DNA of 64,000 nt from an uncultured Acidobacteriota bacterium (GTDB taxonomy: Bacteria > Acidobacteriota > Vicinamibacteria > Vicinamibacterales > CAVVIG01): contig CAVWHY010000002.1 of the NCBI GenBank assembly GCA_963754955.1, positions 14,674 to 78,673 on the forward strand, in the 5' to 3' direction. Both the position numbers and the translations under genes were made by a program. This document shows positions 17,919 through 27,141 of the stretch, piece by piece. Under the pieces are notes generated by a model that was given only the letters and a program-made list of their open reading frames with translations, ran no database searches and was not told the origin of the DNA. How positions within the stretch are numbered: the stretch's first letter is position 1; each line of letters begins with the position of its first letter.

Positions 17919-20011
17919 ACTTCTTCGACTTCGACGCCCGCCCGCTCGGCCTTCGCCGCGGCGATGATCTTTGTCTGGAGGTGGGAGGGCACTTCGTCGT
18001 AGTGCGAGTATTCCATGTGGTAGGAACCGCGCCCGCCGGTCGCCGACGTGAGGTGCTGCTCGTAGGTGAGCATCTCGGACATCGGCACCTGGGCCTTGAT
18101 GACCGTCGTGGCTCCCCGGGTATCCATGCCGGCGATGCGGCCGCGCCGGCCGTTGAGGTCGCCCATGAGATCGCCGGCGAAGTCAGACGGCGCGTAGACC
18201 TCGACGTTCATGATCGGCTCGAGGATCGTCGGCCGCGCCCGTGTCATGGCGTCCTTGAAGGCCAGCGAGCCCGCCAGCTTGAACGACAGCTCGTTCGAAT
18301 CGACGTCGTGGTAGGAGCCGTCGAACACCGTCACGCGGAAATCGACCATGGGGAAGCCGGCCAGATAGCCGCGCGTCCTGGCATCCTGGATGCCCTTCTC
18401 GACAGCCGGGATGAACTGGCGCGGGATGGACCCGCCGAAGATGTCGTCGACGAACTCGAAATCCGAGCCTCGCGGCAGCGGCTCGACCTTGATCTTGCAG
18501 TCTCCGAACTGGCCGTGGCCGCCGGTCTGCTTCTTGTGGCGGCCGTGCGCTTCGGTGGAGCCCTTGATGGTCTCGCGGTAGGGAATGCGCGGCGGCTTCA
18601 GGTTGACGTCCACGCCGAATCGCCGCTTCAGCTTGGCGACGGTGACCTCGATGTGCAGCTGTCCCTGTCCGGAGAGGAGCAGCTCTTTCGTCTGCGGATC
18701 GCGGCTGTACTTGATTGCCGGGTCCTCCTCCTCGAGGCGGTGCATGGACGTGCTGATCTTGTCCTCGTCGCCGCGGGCCTTCGGCTCGATCGCGTATGAG
18801 AGCACCGGCTCCGGGAACACGATTGCCGGAAACGTCACCGCGCTGGCCTTGTCGCCGAGGGTGTCGTTGGTCAGCGTGTCCTTCAGCTTCGCCACCGCGC
18901 CGAGGTCACCCGCCTTGATCTCGGGTACGTTGGTCTGCGTCTTCCCCTGGAGCAGCGTGACGTGGCCGAGCCGCTCCTGGCTGTCGCGCGTCTTGTTGTG
19001 GACGGTCGAGTCGGCCTTGAGGGACCCCGTGACCACGCGAAACATCGTGATGCGTCCCGCGAACGGATCCGCGATCGTCTTCCACACGAACGCCAGCGGC
19101 GGCTGCTTCTCGTCCGCGGCGCACGGGACGTCGGTGCCGCTCTTGTTCACGCCCGTGTACGGCCGTTCGGCCGGAGACGGCAGGTAGCTGACGACGGCGT
19201 CGAGCAGCTGCGGAATGCCGATGTTGACGATCGCCGACGTGCAGACCAGCGGGAACAGCTTGGCGGCCGCCGTCGCGCTGCGCAGGCCGGACACGACTTC
19301 CTCGTCCGTCAGCGTGCCTGCTTCGAAGAACTTCTCCATCAGCTTCTCGTCGGCTTCGGCCACCATTTCGACGAGGGCCTCGCGGGCGGCGTCTACGTCC
19401 CCGGTCATCTCCGCCGGCACTGGCCCCTCCGTGAACGAGCCGCTCTCGTCGGTCTTGAACAGGAAGGCCTTTCTCGTCACGAGGTCGACCACGCCCCGGA
19501 AGTTCTTTTCCTCGCCGATCGGCAGCTGGATGGGGATGACCGTGCGGTTGCACACCTCGCGGAGCGACCCAAGCGACCGCTCGAGGCTCGCGCGCTCGCG
19601 GTCGAGGCGGTTCAGCACGACGATGCGGGGCAGCCTCAGGTCGTCGCTGGTCTCCCAGACCTTTTCCGTCTGCACCATCACGCCGCCGACCGCGTCCACG
19701 ACGACGAGCGCCGAGTCGGCGACCTGCAGCGCGGCGCGGGCGTCGCTCAGAAAGTTCCCCATGCCCGGCGTGTCGATCAGGTTGATCTTCTGCTTGTTCC
19801 ACTCCGCGCACGCCAGGCTCGCCGCGAGCGTGTGCTTGCGCGCAATTTCTTCTTCGTCGTAGTCGGTCGCCGCGGTGCCGTCATCCACCTTGCCGAAGCG
19901 GTTCAGCGTTCCGCTGTCGAACAAAATCGCCGAGGCAAGCTGCGTTTTTCCCGAACCGGTGTGACCGACGAGGGCGACGTTTCTGATGGTGGCGGCGTCG
20001 TAGACCTTCAT
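17915..20011 (-). CDS. Elongation factor G paralogue (EF-G2-like GTPase)
   Basis: 698 aa; G1 motif VALVGHTGSGKTQL, DTPG, NRLD; C-terminal ..KKQTGGHGQFGDCKIKVEP..GSYHDVDSNELSFKLAGSLAFK... Divergent switch I (RKHTLAAS), as in Thermus-type EF-G2. A canonical fusA is also present at 1-186. Confidence 0.88.
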   Translation of the reverse strand: MKVYDAATIRNVALVGHTGSGKTQLASAILFDSGTLNRFGKVDDGTAATDYDEEEIARKHTLAASLACAEWNKQKINLIDTPGMGNFLSDARAALQVADSALVVVDAVGGVMVQTEKVWETSDDLRLPRIVVLNRLDRERASLERSLGSLREVCNRTVIPIQLPIGEEKNFRGVVDLVTRKAFLFKTDESGSFTEGPVPAEMTGDVDAAREALVEMVAEADEKLMEKFFEAGTLTDEEVVSGLRSATAAAKLFPLVCTSAIVNIGIPQLLDAVVSYLPSPAERPYTGVNKSGTDVPCAADEKQPPLAFVWKTIADPFAGRITMFRVVTGSLKADSTVHNKTRDSQERLGHVTLLQGKTQTNVPEIKAGDLGAVAKLKDTLTNDTLGDKASAVTFPAIVFPEPVLSYAIEPKARGDEDKISTSMHRLEEEDPAIKYSRDPQTKELLLSGQGQLHIEVTVAKLKRRFGVDVNLKPPRIPYRETIKGSTEAHGRHKKQTGGHGQFGDCKIKVEPLPRGSDFEFVDDIFGGSIPRQFIPAVEKGIQDARTRGYLAGFPMVDFRVTVFDGSYHDVDSNELSFKLAGSLAFKDAMTRARPTILEPIMNVEVYAPSDFAGDLMGDLNGRRGRIAGMDTRGATTVIKAQVPMSEMLTYEQHLTSATGGRGSYHMEYSHYDEVPSHLQTKIIAAAKAERAGVEVEEV

Positions 20012-20081
20012 AGGGCGGATCCCCCTTCAAGGTGGCAAGGCGCATCATATCGACGCGCCCGGGAGGCCGCAAGGTCCGCCG

Positions 20082-21384
20082 CTATTCGTATCGCAGCGCT
20101 TCGATCGGATCGAGGCGGGAGGCTTTGAACGCCGGGTACATCCCGAAAAACAGACCGACGGCGGCCGAGAAGCCGAGACCGATGGCAAAGGACCACCACG
20201 GGAGCGACACCGGGAAGCCCGAGACGAGGTGCACCACGAGCCCGATGCCGCTGCCGAACGCGATGCCGAGGATCCCTCCGAGCGACGTCAGAAACGACGC
20301 TTCCATCAGGAACTGGAACAGGATCTCGATCCGCCGCGCGCCGAGGGCCTTCCGGACGCCGATTTCCCTGGTCCGTTCGGTCACGCTGATCGACATGATG
20401 GCCATCACGCCGATGCCGCCGACCATCAGCGCGATCGACGAGATCACGACGAGCGCGAACAAGGTCGCCTGGCTCACGCGCTCGTAGAGCTTCAGGATCG
20501 AATCCTGCGTGAACATGTCGAAGTCGTCGGGCTGGTCGAGCCGCAGCCCGTGGCGGACGCGCATGATGCGCTGGATCTCGTCCATCGCGTCCTTGGCGCT
20601 CACGCCTTCGCGCGGCACCGCGGAGATCTGGATGTTCGAGATGGTCCCGAGATTGCCGAGACGGGCGACGCGGACGCCGAAGATGCGCGCATACGTCGTG
20701 TTCGGGATGACGACGAAGTCGTCGGTGTTCCCGCTGAAGCCGCCGGGCGTGGGGCGCTTGTTGAACGCGCCGACCACCTCGAACCGCTCGGCCCCGACCC
20801 GGACGGTCTTGCCGATGGGATCGATCCCGGACTCCCCGAACAGCCGCTGGTACGGTCCGTACGCGAGGACGACGACGTTCTTGCGGTACTGCAGTTCCGT
20901 GCCGTTGAAGAACCGGCCGGCGAGGAACGGGATGCGCGTGCCCTCGGCGAAGAACTCCGACGTGCCGAGGACCACGATCATCTTGGTCTTCAGCGTGCGG
21001 TAGAACACGCGCTGCTGGACTTGCGGGCCCACGCCGCCGCCGTACTCGAGATCGACGTACTGGAGCGTGGTCGCCTCGTTCTCGAGCGCGCGGGCGTCGG
21101 ATGCGGTCAGGTTGGGCCGCCTCAGCAGATCCCGGATCTCGGCGCCGTTGATGAAGTCGGTGATGCCGAACCGCTGGACGAAGATCGTGTTCGGGACCGA
21201 TGGTCGCCAGCAGGTCGCGCACCGACTGATCGAAGCCGCGGATGAGCGCCGTCATGCCGACGATGGCCGTGATCCCGATCACGATGCCCAGCACCGTCAG
21301 GCCCGAGCGCATCTTGTTGGTGCGCACCGTGTCGAACGCCATCGAGACGACTTCCTTGACGAGGCCGAGCCGAATGGTCGCCAT
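20082..21384 (-). CDS. FtsX/MacB-type ABC permease (MacB periplasmic core + FtsX domain), one extra base about 21190
   Basis: N-terminus (ORF ending 21384) ..MRSGLTVLGIVIGITAIVGM..; C-terminus (ORF 20082-21032) ..ISVTERTREIGVRKALGARR..FGMYPAFKASRLDPIEALRYE*. Length 1303 = 3n+1. Confidence 0.85.
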
Positions 21385-21391
21385 CAGGTGA

Positions 21392-22622
21392 TCATTCCCG
21401 CCTGAGCGCCTCGATCGGATCGAGCGCCGCCGCCCGGGAGGCGGGGTACAGGCCGAAGAAGAGGCCGACGAGCGCCGTGATCGTGATGCCCAGCACCACC
21501 GCCCAGATTTCGACCTTCGCCGGAATCGGCGTGAGCGCTGAAACCGCCAGCGCGACGGAGCTGCCCAGGATCGTGCCCACGACGCCGCCGAACATCGACA
21601 GCACCACCGACTCGGTGAGCATCTGCGACATGATGTCCGACCGCTTCGCGCCGAGCGCCTTGCGCAGGCCGATCTCGCGCGTCCGCTCGCTCACGACCAT
21701 CAGCATGATGTTCATGATGACGATGCCCCCGACGACGAGCGACAGCCCCACGACACCGACGAGCACCGCGAAGATGCCGTTGGTCGCCGACTTGATAGAT
21801 GCCCAGGATCGTGTCGGACGTGTACATGCCGAAGTTGTCGGGCTGCTTCGGGCTGAGGCGCCGCGCGCCGCGGAGGGCGACGGTCGCTTCGTCCTGCGCC
21901 GCCGCGAGGTCGGAGACCTCCTTGGGCCTGACGCGGAGATCGAGGGACCGCCTGGACCCGAACATCATCGCGAACTGGCCGAGCGGGATGATCGCGAAGC
22001 TGTCCTGCGACTGGCCGAGCATCGAGCCTTTCTTCTCGCTCACGCCCACGACCTGAAAGTGCACGCCCTCGATCTGGATGATCTTGTCGATCGGATCCAC
22101 GTTGGTGCCGAACAGGCGGTCCGCGGTCTGCCAGCCGAGGACCGTGACCGGACGCGAGCGCTCCACTTCGATAGGGCTCATGAGGCGGCCGCGCTCGGCG
22201 GTATAGCCCGAGAAGCTGATGTAGCTGGAACTGACGCCCTCGACCTGCGTGTTGTCGATGGACTTGTCGCGAAACGTGATCCGCCCGCGCCCGCTGGTGT
22301 TGGCCATGATGGCGGCGATGTGTTCGCCGTCGTACCGCTGGATCGCGCGCATGTCCTGCATCGTGATGATCGGGTTGCTGCGGACGCGGTCGAAGTCCTC
22401 GTCGCTGCGCGTGACGGGGTACCGCTGGATGCTGAAGGACTCGGCGCCGGCCTCGTCGAGAATCGCCTGCTTGACCGAGGCGTTGAGCCCCTGGATGAGC
22501 GACACCACGGCAATGATGGACGTCACCGCCACGATGTTGCCGAGCACGGTCATGAACGACCGCAGCTTGGCCGACCAGATGGCGGCCAGCGCGATCTTCG
22601 CCGATTCGAGGATGGTATTCAT
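21392..22622 (-). CDS. FtsX/MacB-type ABC permease, one extra base about 21795
   Basis: N-terminus ..KLRSFMTVLGNIVAVTSIIAVVSL..; C-terminus (ORF 21392-21766) ..VVSERTREIGLRKALGAKRSDI..LYPASRAAALDPIEALRRE*. Length 1231 = 3n+1. Confidence 0.85.
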
Positions 22623-22652
22623 AACACGGCCGGGCCGGGCGGCTCCCGCCCT

Positions 22653-24065
22653 CTAGGACCCGGTCCGGTTCCGCTGGTTCCTCTTGTTGTCGACTTTCAC
22701 GGGATCGCCGTCCGTGATGTTGCGGACCGAGTTGTACGGCCCGGTGACGACCTCGTCGCCCGCCTTGACCCCGGAGAGCACTTCGAAGAACTTGTCGCCC
22801 GCGATGCCCATCTTGATGGGGACGAACTCGACGCGCTTTTCCTTCTCCCGCACGACGAACACGCCCTCCACTTCTTTGCGTGTCTGGCCGGGTTTCAGGT
22901 CGGGCAACGGCTGGTACGACGACTCCGAACTGGTGCCGCTCCCGCTGCTGGTGCTGCTGCTGTTGCTGCTGCTGAAAAAACTGCGGCGGCGGCGCTTCAA
23001 CGCCTGCGGGTCGCGATAGATCTGCCCGTTCGCTTCGTAGATCAGCTCGCGCACGGCCACTGACGGAATCGGCACGGCGACCACGCCGTGGCGTGTCGCC
23101 GTCTTGATGTCGGACGTGCACGTGAAGCCCGGCCGGACCTCCGGGACCTTCTCGTCGAGGACGACCACCACCTTGAAATTCGTCGCCTGCGTACCGGCAC
23201 CGCCGCCCGACGTCGTCTGAATCGGGCTGTTGCCGATTTCGGTGACGTGGCCCTGGAAGCTGCGGTCGGGAATGGCGTCGATGGTGATCTTCGCCGTCTG
23301 CCCGAGCTGCACGTTCGGGATGTTGGTTTCGTCGACTTCGACCTCCGCCTGGATGATCGACATGTCGGCCAGCGTCAGCAGCACGGTGCCGGCGTTGTTC
23401 ATCGTGCCGATCATCGCGGTTTCGCCTTCCTGGATGTTCCGGCGGGTCACGATGCCTTCGATTGGCGACTCGATGCGGACCTTGCTGAGATCGTATTTGG
23501 CGTTATCGAGCGTCGCGCGCTCCTGCATGATGCGGCTGTCCTGGGCGTGGGCGCTCTTCTCGCGCTCCTGCAGGGAGGACTCGGCGGTCCGCACGTCGTT
23601 CTCCGCCCGCTCCAGCGATTCCCTCGTCGTCAGCTGTTGTTTCCACAGCGTCTGCTGCCGGGCGAGGTTCTGCCTCGCCTGATCGAGCTGGACCCGCGCC
23701 GTTTCGACGGACTGCCGCATCTGCTCGAGCGACGCCTGCGCGACCTGGAGGGATGCCTCGCCGCTGTCGACGCGCGTGCGGAGCGACTTCGGGTCGATCT
23801 GCAGCAGGAACTGGCCGACGTGGACGCGATCGCCCTCGTTCACCGCCAGGTTGACGACGCGCCCGGCGGTTTCCGCGGTGATGTTGACGAGCCGCTTCGG
23901 CTGAATCTTGCCGGAGGCCGACACGATGGCCTCGAGGTCGCGCGCCTTGATTTGCTCGGTCGTCACCGTCAGACCGCTGTCGCGGATGAAGTAGATGTTC
24001 GCCCCGACAACGGCGGCGGCCACCAGCACGACTCCGACGGTGATGAGAATGTTCTTCCCGGACAT
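22653..24065 (-). CDS. HlyD/MacA-family periplasmic adaptor (membrane fusion protein)
   Basis: 470 aa; N-terminal TM, coiled-coil hairpin (..ASLEQMRQSVETARVQLDQARQNLARQQTL..), lipoyl and beta-barrel motifs (IESPIEGIV.RRN.QEGE). Ser-rich insert near the C-terminus. Confidence 0.9.
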   Translation of the reverse strand: MSGKNILITVGVVLVAAAVVGANIYFIRDSGLTVTTEQIKARDLEAIVSASGKIQPKRLVNITAETAGRVVNLAVNEGDRVHVGQFLLQIDPKSLRTRVDSGEASLQVAQASLEQMRQSVETARVQLDQARQNLARQQTLWKQQLTTRESLERAENDVRTAESSLQEREKSAHAQDSRIMQERATLDNAKYDLSKVRIESPIEGIVTRRNIQEGETAMIGTMNNAGTVLLTLADMSIIQAEVEVDETNIPNVQLGQTAKITIDAIPDRSFQGHVTEIGNSPIQTTSGGGAGTQATNFKVVVVLDEKVPEVRPGFTCTSDIKTATRHGVVAVPIPSVAVRELIYEANGQIYRDPQALKRRRRSFFSSSNSSSTSSGSGTSSESSYQPLPDLKPGQTRKEVEGVFVVREKEKRVEFVPIKMGIAGDKFFEVLSGVKAGDEVVTGPYNSVRNITDGDPVKVDNKRNQRNRTGS

Positions 24066-24080
24066 CGATACTCCCAGTTG

Positions 24081-24823
24081 CTACGAAAGGGCGGACCTGA
24101 CGGCCGCGATGGCGACGACGATGACGAAGTACACGAGGAACATGGTCCAGGCGATCGGGCGCCGTGCGCCGCTTGTAGAGCACGCCCAGCCCGATGGCCA
24201 GGGACAAGATGCGCCCAGATGTGGAACAGATCGATGCGACCCCAGGAGGCGCGCGGGAAATGTGTTCTCCTCGAGAAACGGCGCGAAGACTCCGAGGTTG
24301 GTCGGGCTCGACATCGTTTCGCGCACGTAGTCGAGCGGAAGCGAGAAGATCGTCTGCAGGGCGACGATGAGCCCCGTGTGCGCGACGAGGGCGTAGACCT
24401 GCTTGAACCGCGCGTCGCCGCCCATCAGGGCGTTGAAGATGCCAAGCAGGATGCCGGCGATGATCGCCGCCGCCAGCGGAATGAAGACGACCTGGCTGAC
24501 CGCCGACGTATACCGCGCCGATTCGAGCCGGGATTCCATCTGGGCCTGCTGCGCTGTCGCTCAGCTTCACCCCGAAGGACTCGAGCACCTGCGCCTGCTG
24601 CTCGAGCACCGCCTGCTGTCCGACTTCGGTGGAGAGGAAGGCGAAGGTCGAGCCGGCCACGAGCGCGATGCCCAGCGCCAGCACGCCGAACCAGCGCGGC
24701 CGGGCCGCCACGTCGGCGTACGTCGCCCGGGGCGACACGAAGACACCCACCACCCGCGCGAGCAGGCTCTTGCCGGGGGCGAGCGTCCGCCTGGACCGAT
24801 GTGGAAAGCGTCTGGTCTGTCAT
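24081..24823 (-). pseudogene. Yip1-domain-like membrane protein, about 5 frame shifts as sequenced
   Basis: Pieces in three frames: MTDQTLSTS.. / VGVFVSPRATYADVAARPRWFGVLALGIALVAGS.. / ..VVFIPLAAAIIAGILLGIFNALMGG..HTGLIVALQTIF.. / ..ILSLAIGLGVLYKRRTAP / IAWTMFLVYFVIVVAIA... Length 3n+2. The family call is from memory of the Yip1/DUF1282 N-terminal pattern. Confidence 0.5.
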
Positions 24824-24882
24824 AAGTCCTCGGTATAGACGCTCGACCCCCGCCAAGTGTTCCCGGGAAAGGACATATTCCT

Positions 24883-25362
24883 TCAGCGCCGTGAACGGGC
24901 CGGCCGGCCGCGGCCCGCCGCCAGCTGGGGAGGCGCCGCAAACGCCTCCCGCATCACGTCGAGTCCCGACTGCAGCCGCCGGCGGGCCGGCTCGTCGAGC
25001 GGCGACAGGACGGCCGCAATGTGCTGCTCGGCGCAGCGCGCCACGCGGTCGAGCGCGGCGCGTCCGCCGGCCGTCACCTCGAGCATCACGACGCGGCGGT
25101 CGGGCCCCGGCGTGACACGCCGGATCCACCCCCTGGCGACCAGCGTCGTGACGGAACTGGACATGCTGGGGAGGCTGACACCGCGGAACGCCGCGAGCTC
25201 GCTGAGCGTGCGCGGCTGCTCGCTGAGCATGTGAAGCAGCGGGAAATGCGCCGGCGCCGGCAGTTCGCCGGCCGCGCGCAGTTCGGCGGCGACCGTCCGC
25301 ATCACCAGCGGCATCACTTCGAGCAGCGTCCGCGCCGCCTCGCGGGCTTTCAACTTGGTCAT
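24883..25362 (-). CDS. MarR family transcriptional regulator
   Basis: 159 aa, winged HTH ..FPLLHMLSEQPRTLSELAAFRGVSLPSMSSSVTTLVARGWIRR..PDRRVV.LEVT. Confidence 0.9.
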   Translation of the reverse strand: MTKLKAREAARTLLEVMPLVMRTVAAELRAAGELPAPAHFPLLHMLSEQPRTLSELAAFRGVSLPSMSSSVTTLVARGWIRRVTPGPDRRVVMLEVTAGGRAALDRVARCAEQHIAAVLSPLDEPARRRLQSGLDVMREAFAAPPQLAAGRGRPARSRR

Positions 25363-25364
25363 TT

Positions 25365-25399
25365 CAGTGAGCGGTGATCAGTGATCAGTGATCGGTACG
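25365..25399 (+). repeat. Single-arm heptamer array (CAGTGAT-type x5) in the marR/pdaD divergent spacer
   Basis: cagtgag cggtgat cagtgat cagtgat cggtacg. Same unit as the hairpin inside nadB. Confidence 0.8.
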
Positions 25400-25500
25400 G
25401 TGAGTTAAGACGGCTAACCGTTAGCAGTCCTAAGCTATCACGCGCGTCGCGGACGGGGCAAATCGCCGCGCCGAACAGCGCGCGGAACGCGCCGGTTGTC

Positions 25501-25529
25501 TTGACTCCGCACACCGCGCTGTTTACCAT
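25501..25529 (+). promoter_or_regulatory. Putative sigma70-type promoter of pdaD
   Basis: TTGACT, 17 nt, TACCAT; AAGGAG Shine-Dalgarno 6 nt before GTG 25557. Confidence 0.5.
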
Positions 25530-25556
25530 GCAGGTGCCCTCGCGGAAGGAGCTGAC

Positions 25557-26108
25557 GTGGTCGGATTCGTGCCGAAGGAAATGTTCTTCACGAAAGGCGT
25601 CGGCAAGCACCGGGAGAAACTCACCTCGTTCGAGCTGGCGCTGCGCTCAGCCGGGATCGCCGCCTGCAACCTGGTGCGCGTGTCCAGCATCTTCCCGCCC
25701 GGCTGCCGGCTGCTGTCGCGCACGCAGGGCGCCAAGCGCCTCGAACCGGGGCAGGTCACCTTCGTGGTGATGTCCGAAGCGGCCACGCGCGAGCCGCATC
25801 GTCTGGTCGCGGCGACCGTCGGCGTCGCCATCCCGCGCGACCGCGAGCTCTATGGCTATCTGTCGGAGCATCACAGCTTCGGCGAGAGCGAGGAAGTGGC
25901 CGGCGACTACGCCGAGGAGCTCGCCGCCGAAATGCTCGCCACCACGCTCGGCCTGGAGTTCGACCCGGACAAGAGCTGGGACGAAAAGAAGGAAGTCTAC
26001 CGTCTGTCCAACCAGATCGTCCGCACGCAGAACGTCACGCAGACGGCCGTCGGCGACAAGAAGGGCTGGTGGACCACCGTGGTGGCCGCCGCCGTGCTCG
26101 TCGGCTGA
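25557..26108 (+). CDS. pdaD: Pyruvoyl-dependent arginine decarboxylase
   Basis: 183 aa, ..FFTKGVGKHREKLTSFELALRSAGIA.CNLV.VSSI.PP.. characteristic of the PvlArgDC family. Confidence 0.88.
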   Translation: MVGFVPKEMFFTKGVGKHREKLTSFELALRSAGIAACNLVRVSSIFPPGCRLLSRTQGAKRLEPGQVTFVVMSEAATREPHRLVAATVGVAIPRDRELYGYLSEHHSFGESEEVAGDYAEELAAEMLATTLGLEFDPDKSWDEKKEVYRLSNQIVRTQNVTQTAVGDKKGWWTTVVAAAVLVG

Positions 26109-26155
26109 CGCGCGCCCTATCAACCACGCTCAAACAACATTAAGGTTAAGGCCCT

Positions 26156-27095
26156 ATGGCCAGAACCCGTCCGTCCGTTCTCTGCGCGCTGCTCCTGTGC
26201 GCGCCGTTGCCAGTCCTCGCTCAGACCATTGAAAGCGTCGGCATCCGCGCGCAGGGCGTGGCCGGCGCCTTCGTCGCCGTCGCCGACGATGCCACTGCGA
26301 CGTGGTGGAATCCGGCGGGCCTGCCCCACAGCCAATCGTTCATCGACGGCGTTGTCGAGGCGGGACGTGGCGGGCACTGGGGCGTCGCCTTCGGATTTCC
26401 TGCACTCGGTTTGAGCTATTACCACCTGAATATCAGTCAAATACAGCCTTCAGCCTCTACAGCGGCCGGGAGCACGAGCCGACAAGATCTCGGACCTACA
26501 GGAACAGGTCTGCCTGTGCCGTATTCATTTGGATTCAACCAGTTCGGCGCGACCGTCGGGCAATCGCTCGGCGACCACTTCGTGGTCGCGACGACGGTCA
26601 AGGTGATGAACGCGTTGTCCGACACGCAGGGGCGATTTCGACATCGGCGCGATGGCGGCGTTTGGCCCGATCCGCGCGGGCTTGAACGTGCGGAACCTGA
26701 TTGGCGGAACGTTCGGCGTGTCGTCCACCGCGACGACCGGACACGTCTTCGAGCTGACGCGGCAGGCGCGCGCCGGTGTGGCGGTGATGCCGCGAACGGC
26801 TCAATCGCTCGACCGGCTGACGCTGTCGCTTGACGTGGACCTGACGACGGCGCCCTTCGAGGGCCGAGACGAGCGGCACGTGGCAGGGGGCGCCGAGGCC
26901 TGGCTGCGGGGACGGCGTCTTGCCCTGCGCGGCGGGGCGGGCGTGAACATGGTCAGCGATGGCGGAAATGCGGCTTATGGGGCGATCGGCGTCACGGTGT
27001 CGCCGTTTCAGCGATGTTTCGTGGATGGAGTGGCCAGTTGGGGACCGACCGAGGATCGGAACCGTTGGGGTTTCGACCTAAGAGTGACGTTCTGA
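26156..27095 (+). CDS. Putative outer-membrane beta-barrel protein, one extra base about 26637
   Basis: Signal peptide MARTRPSVLCALLLCAPLPVLAQ; ..GVAGAFVAVADDATATWWNPAGL..; alternating beta pattern; C-terminal ..RWGFDLRVTF*. Length 940 = 3n+1 (T-run). Confidence 0.6.
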
Positions 27096-27141
27096 GTCAG
27101 TAGTGACATTTATTGTCAGAATTGGATAGCGACTAGTCCCC

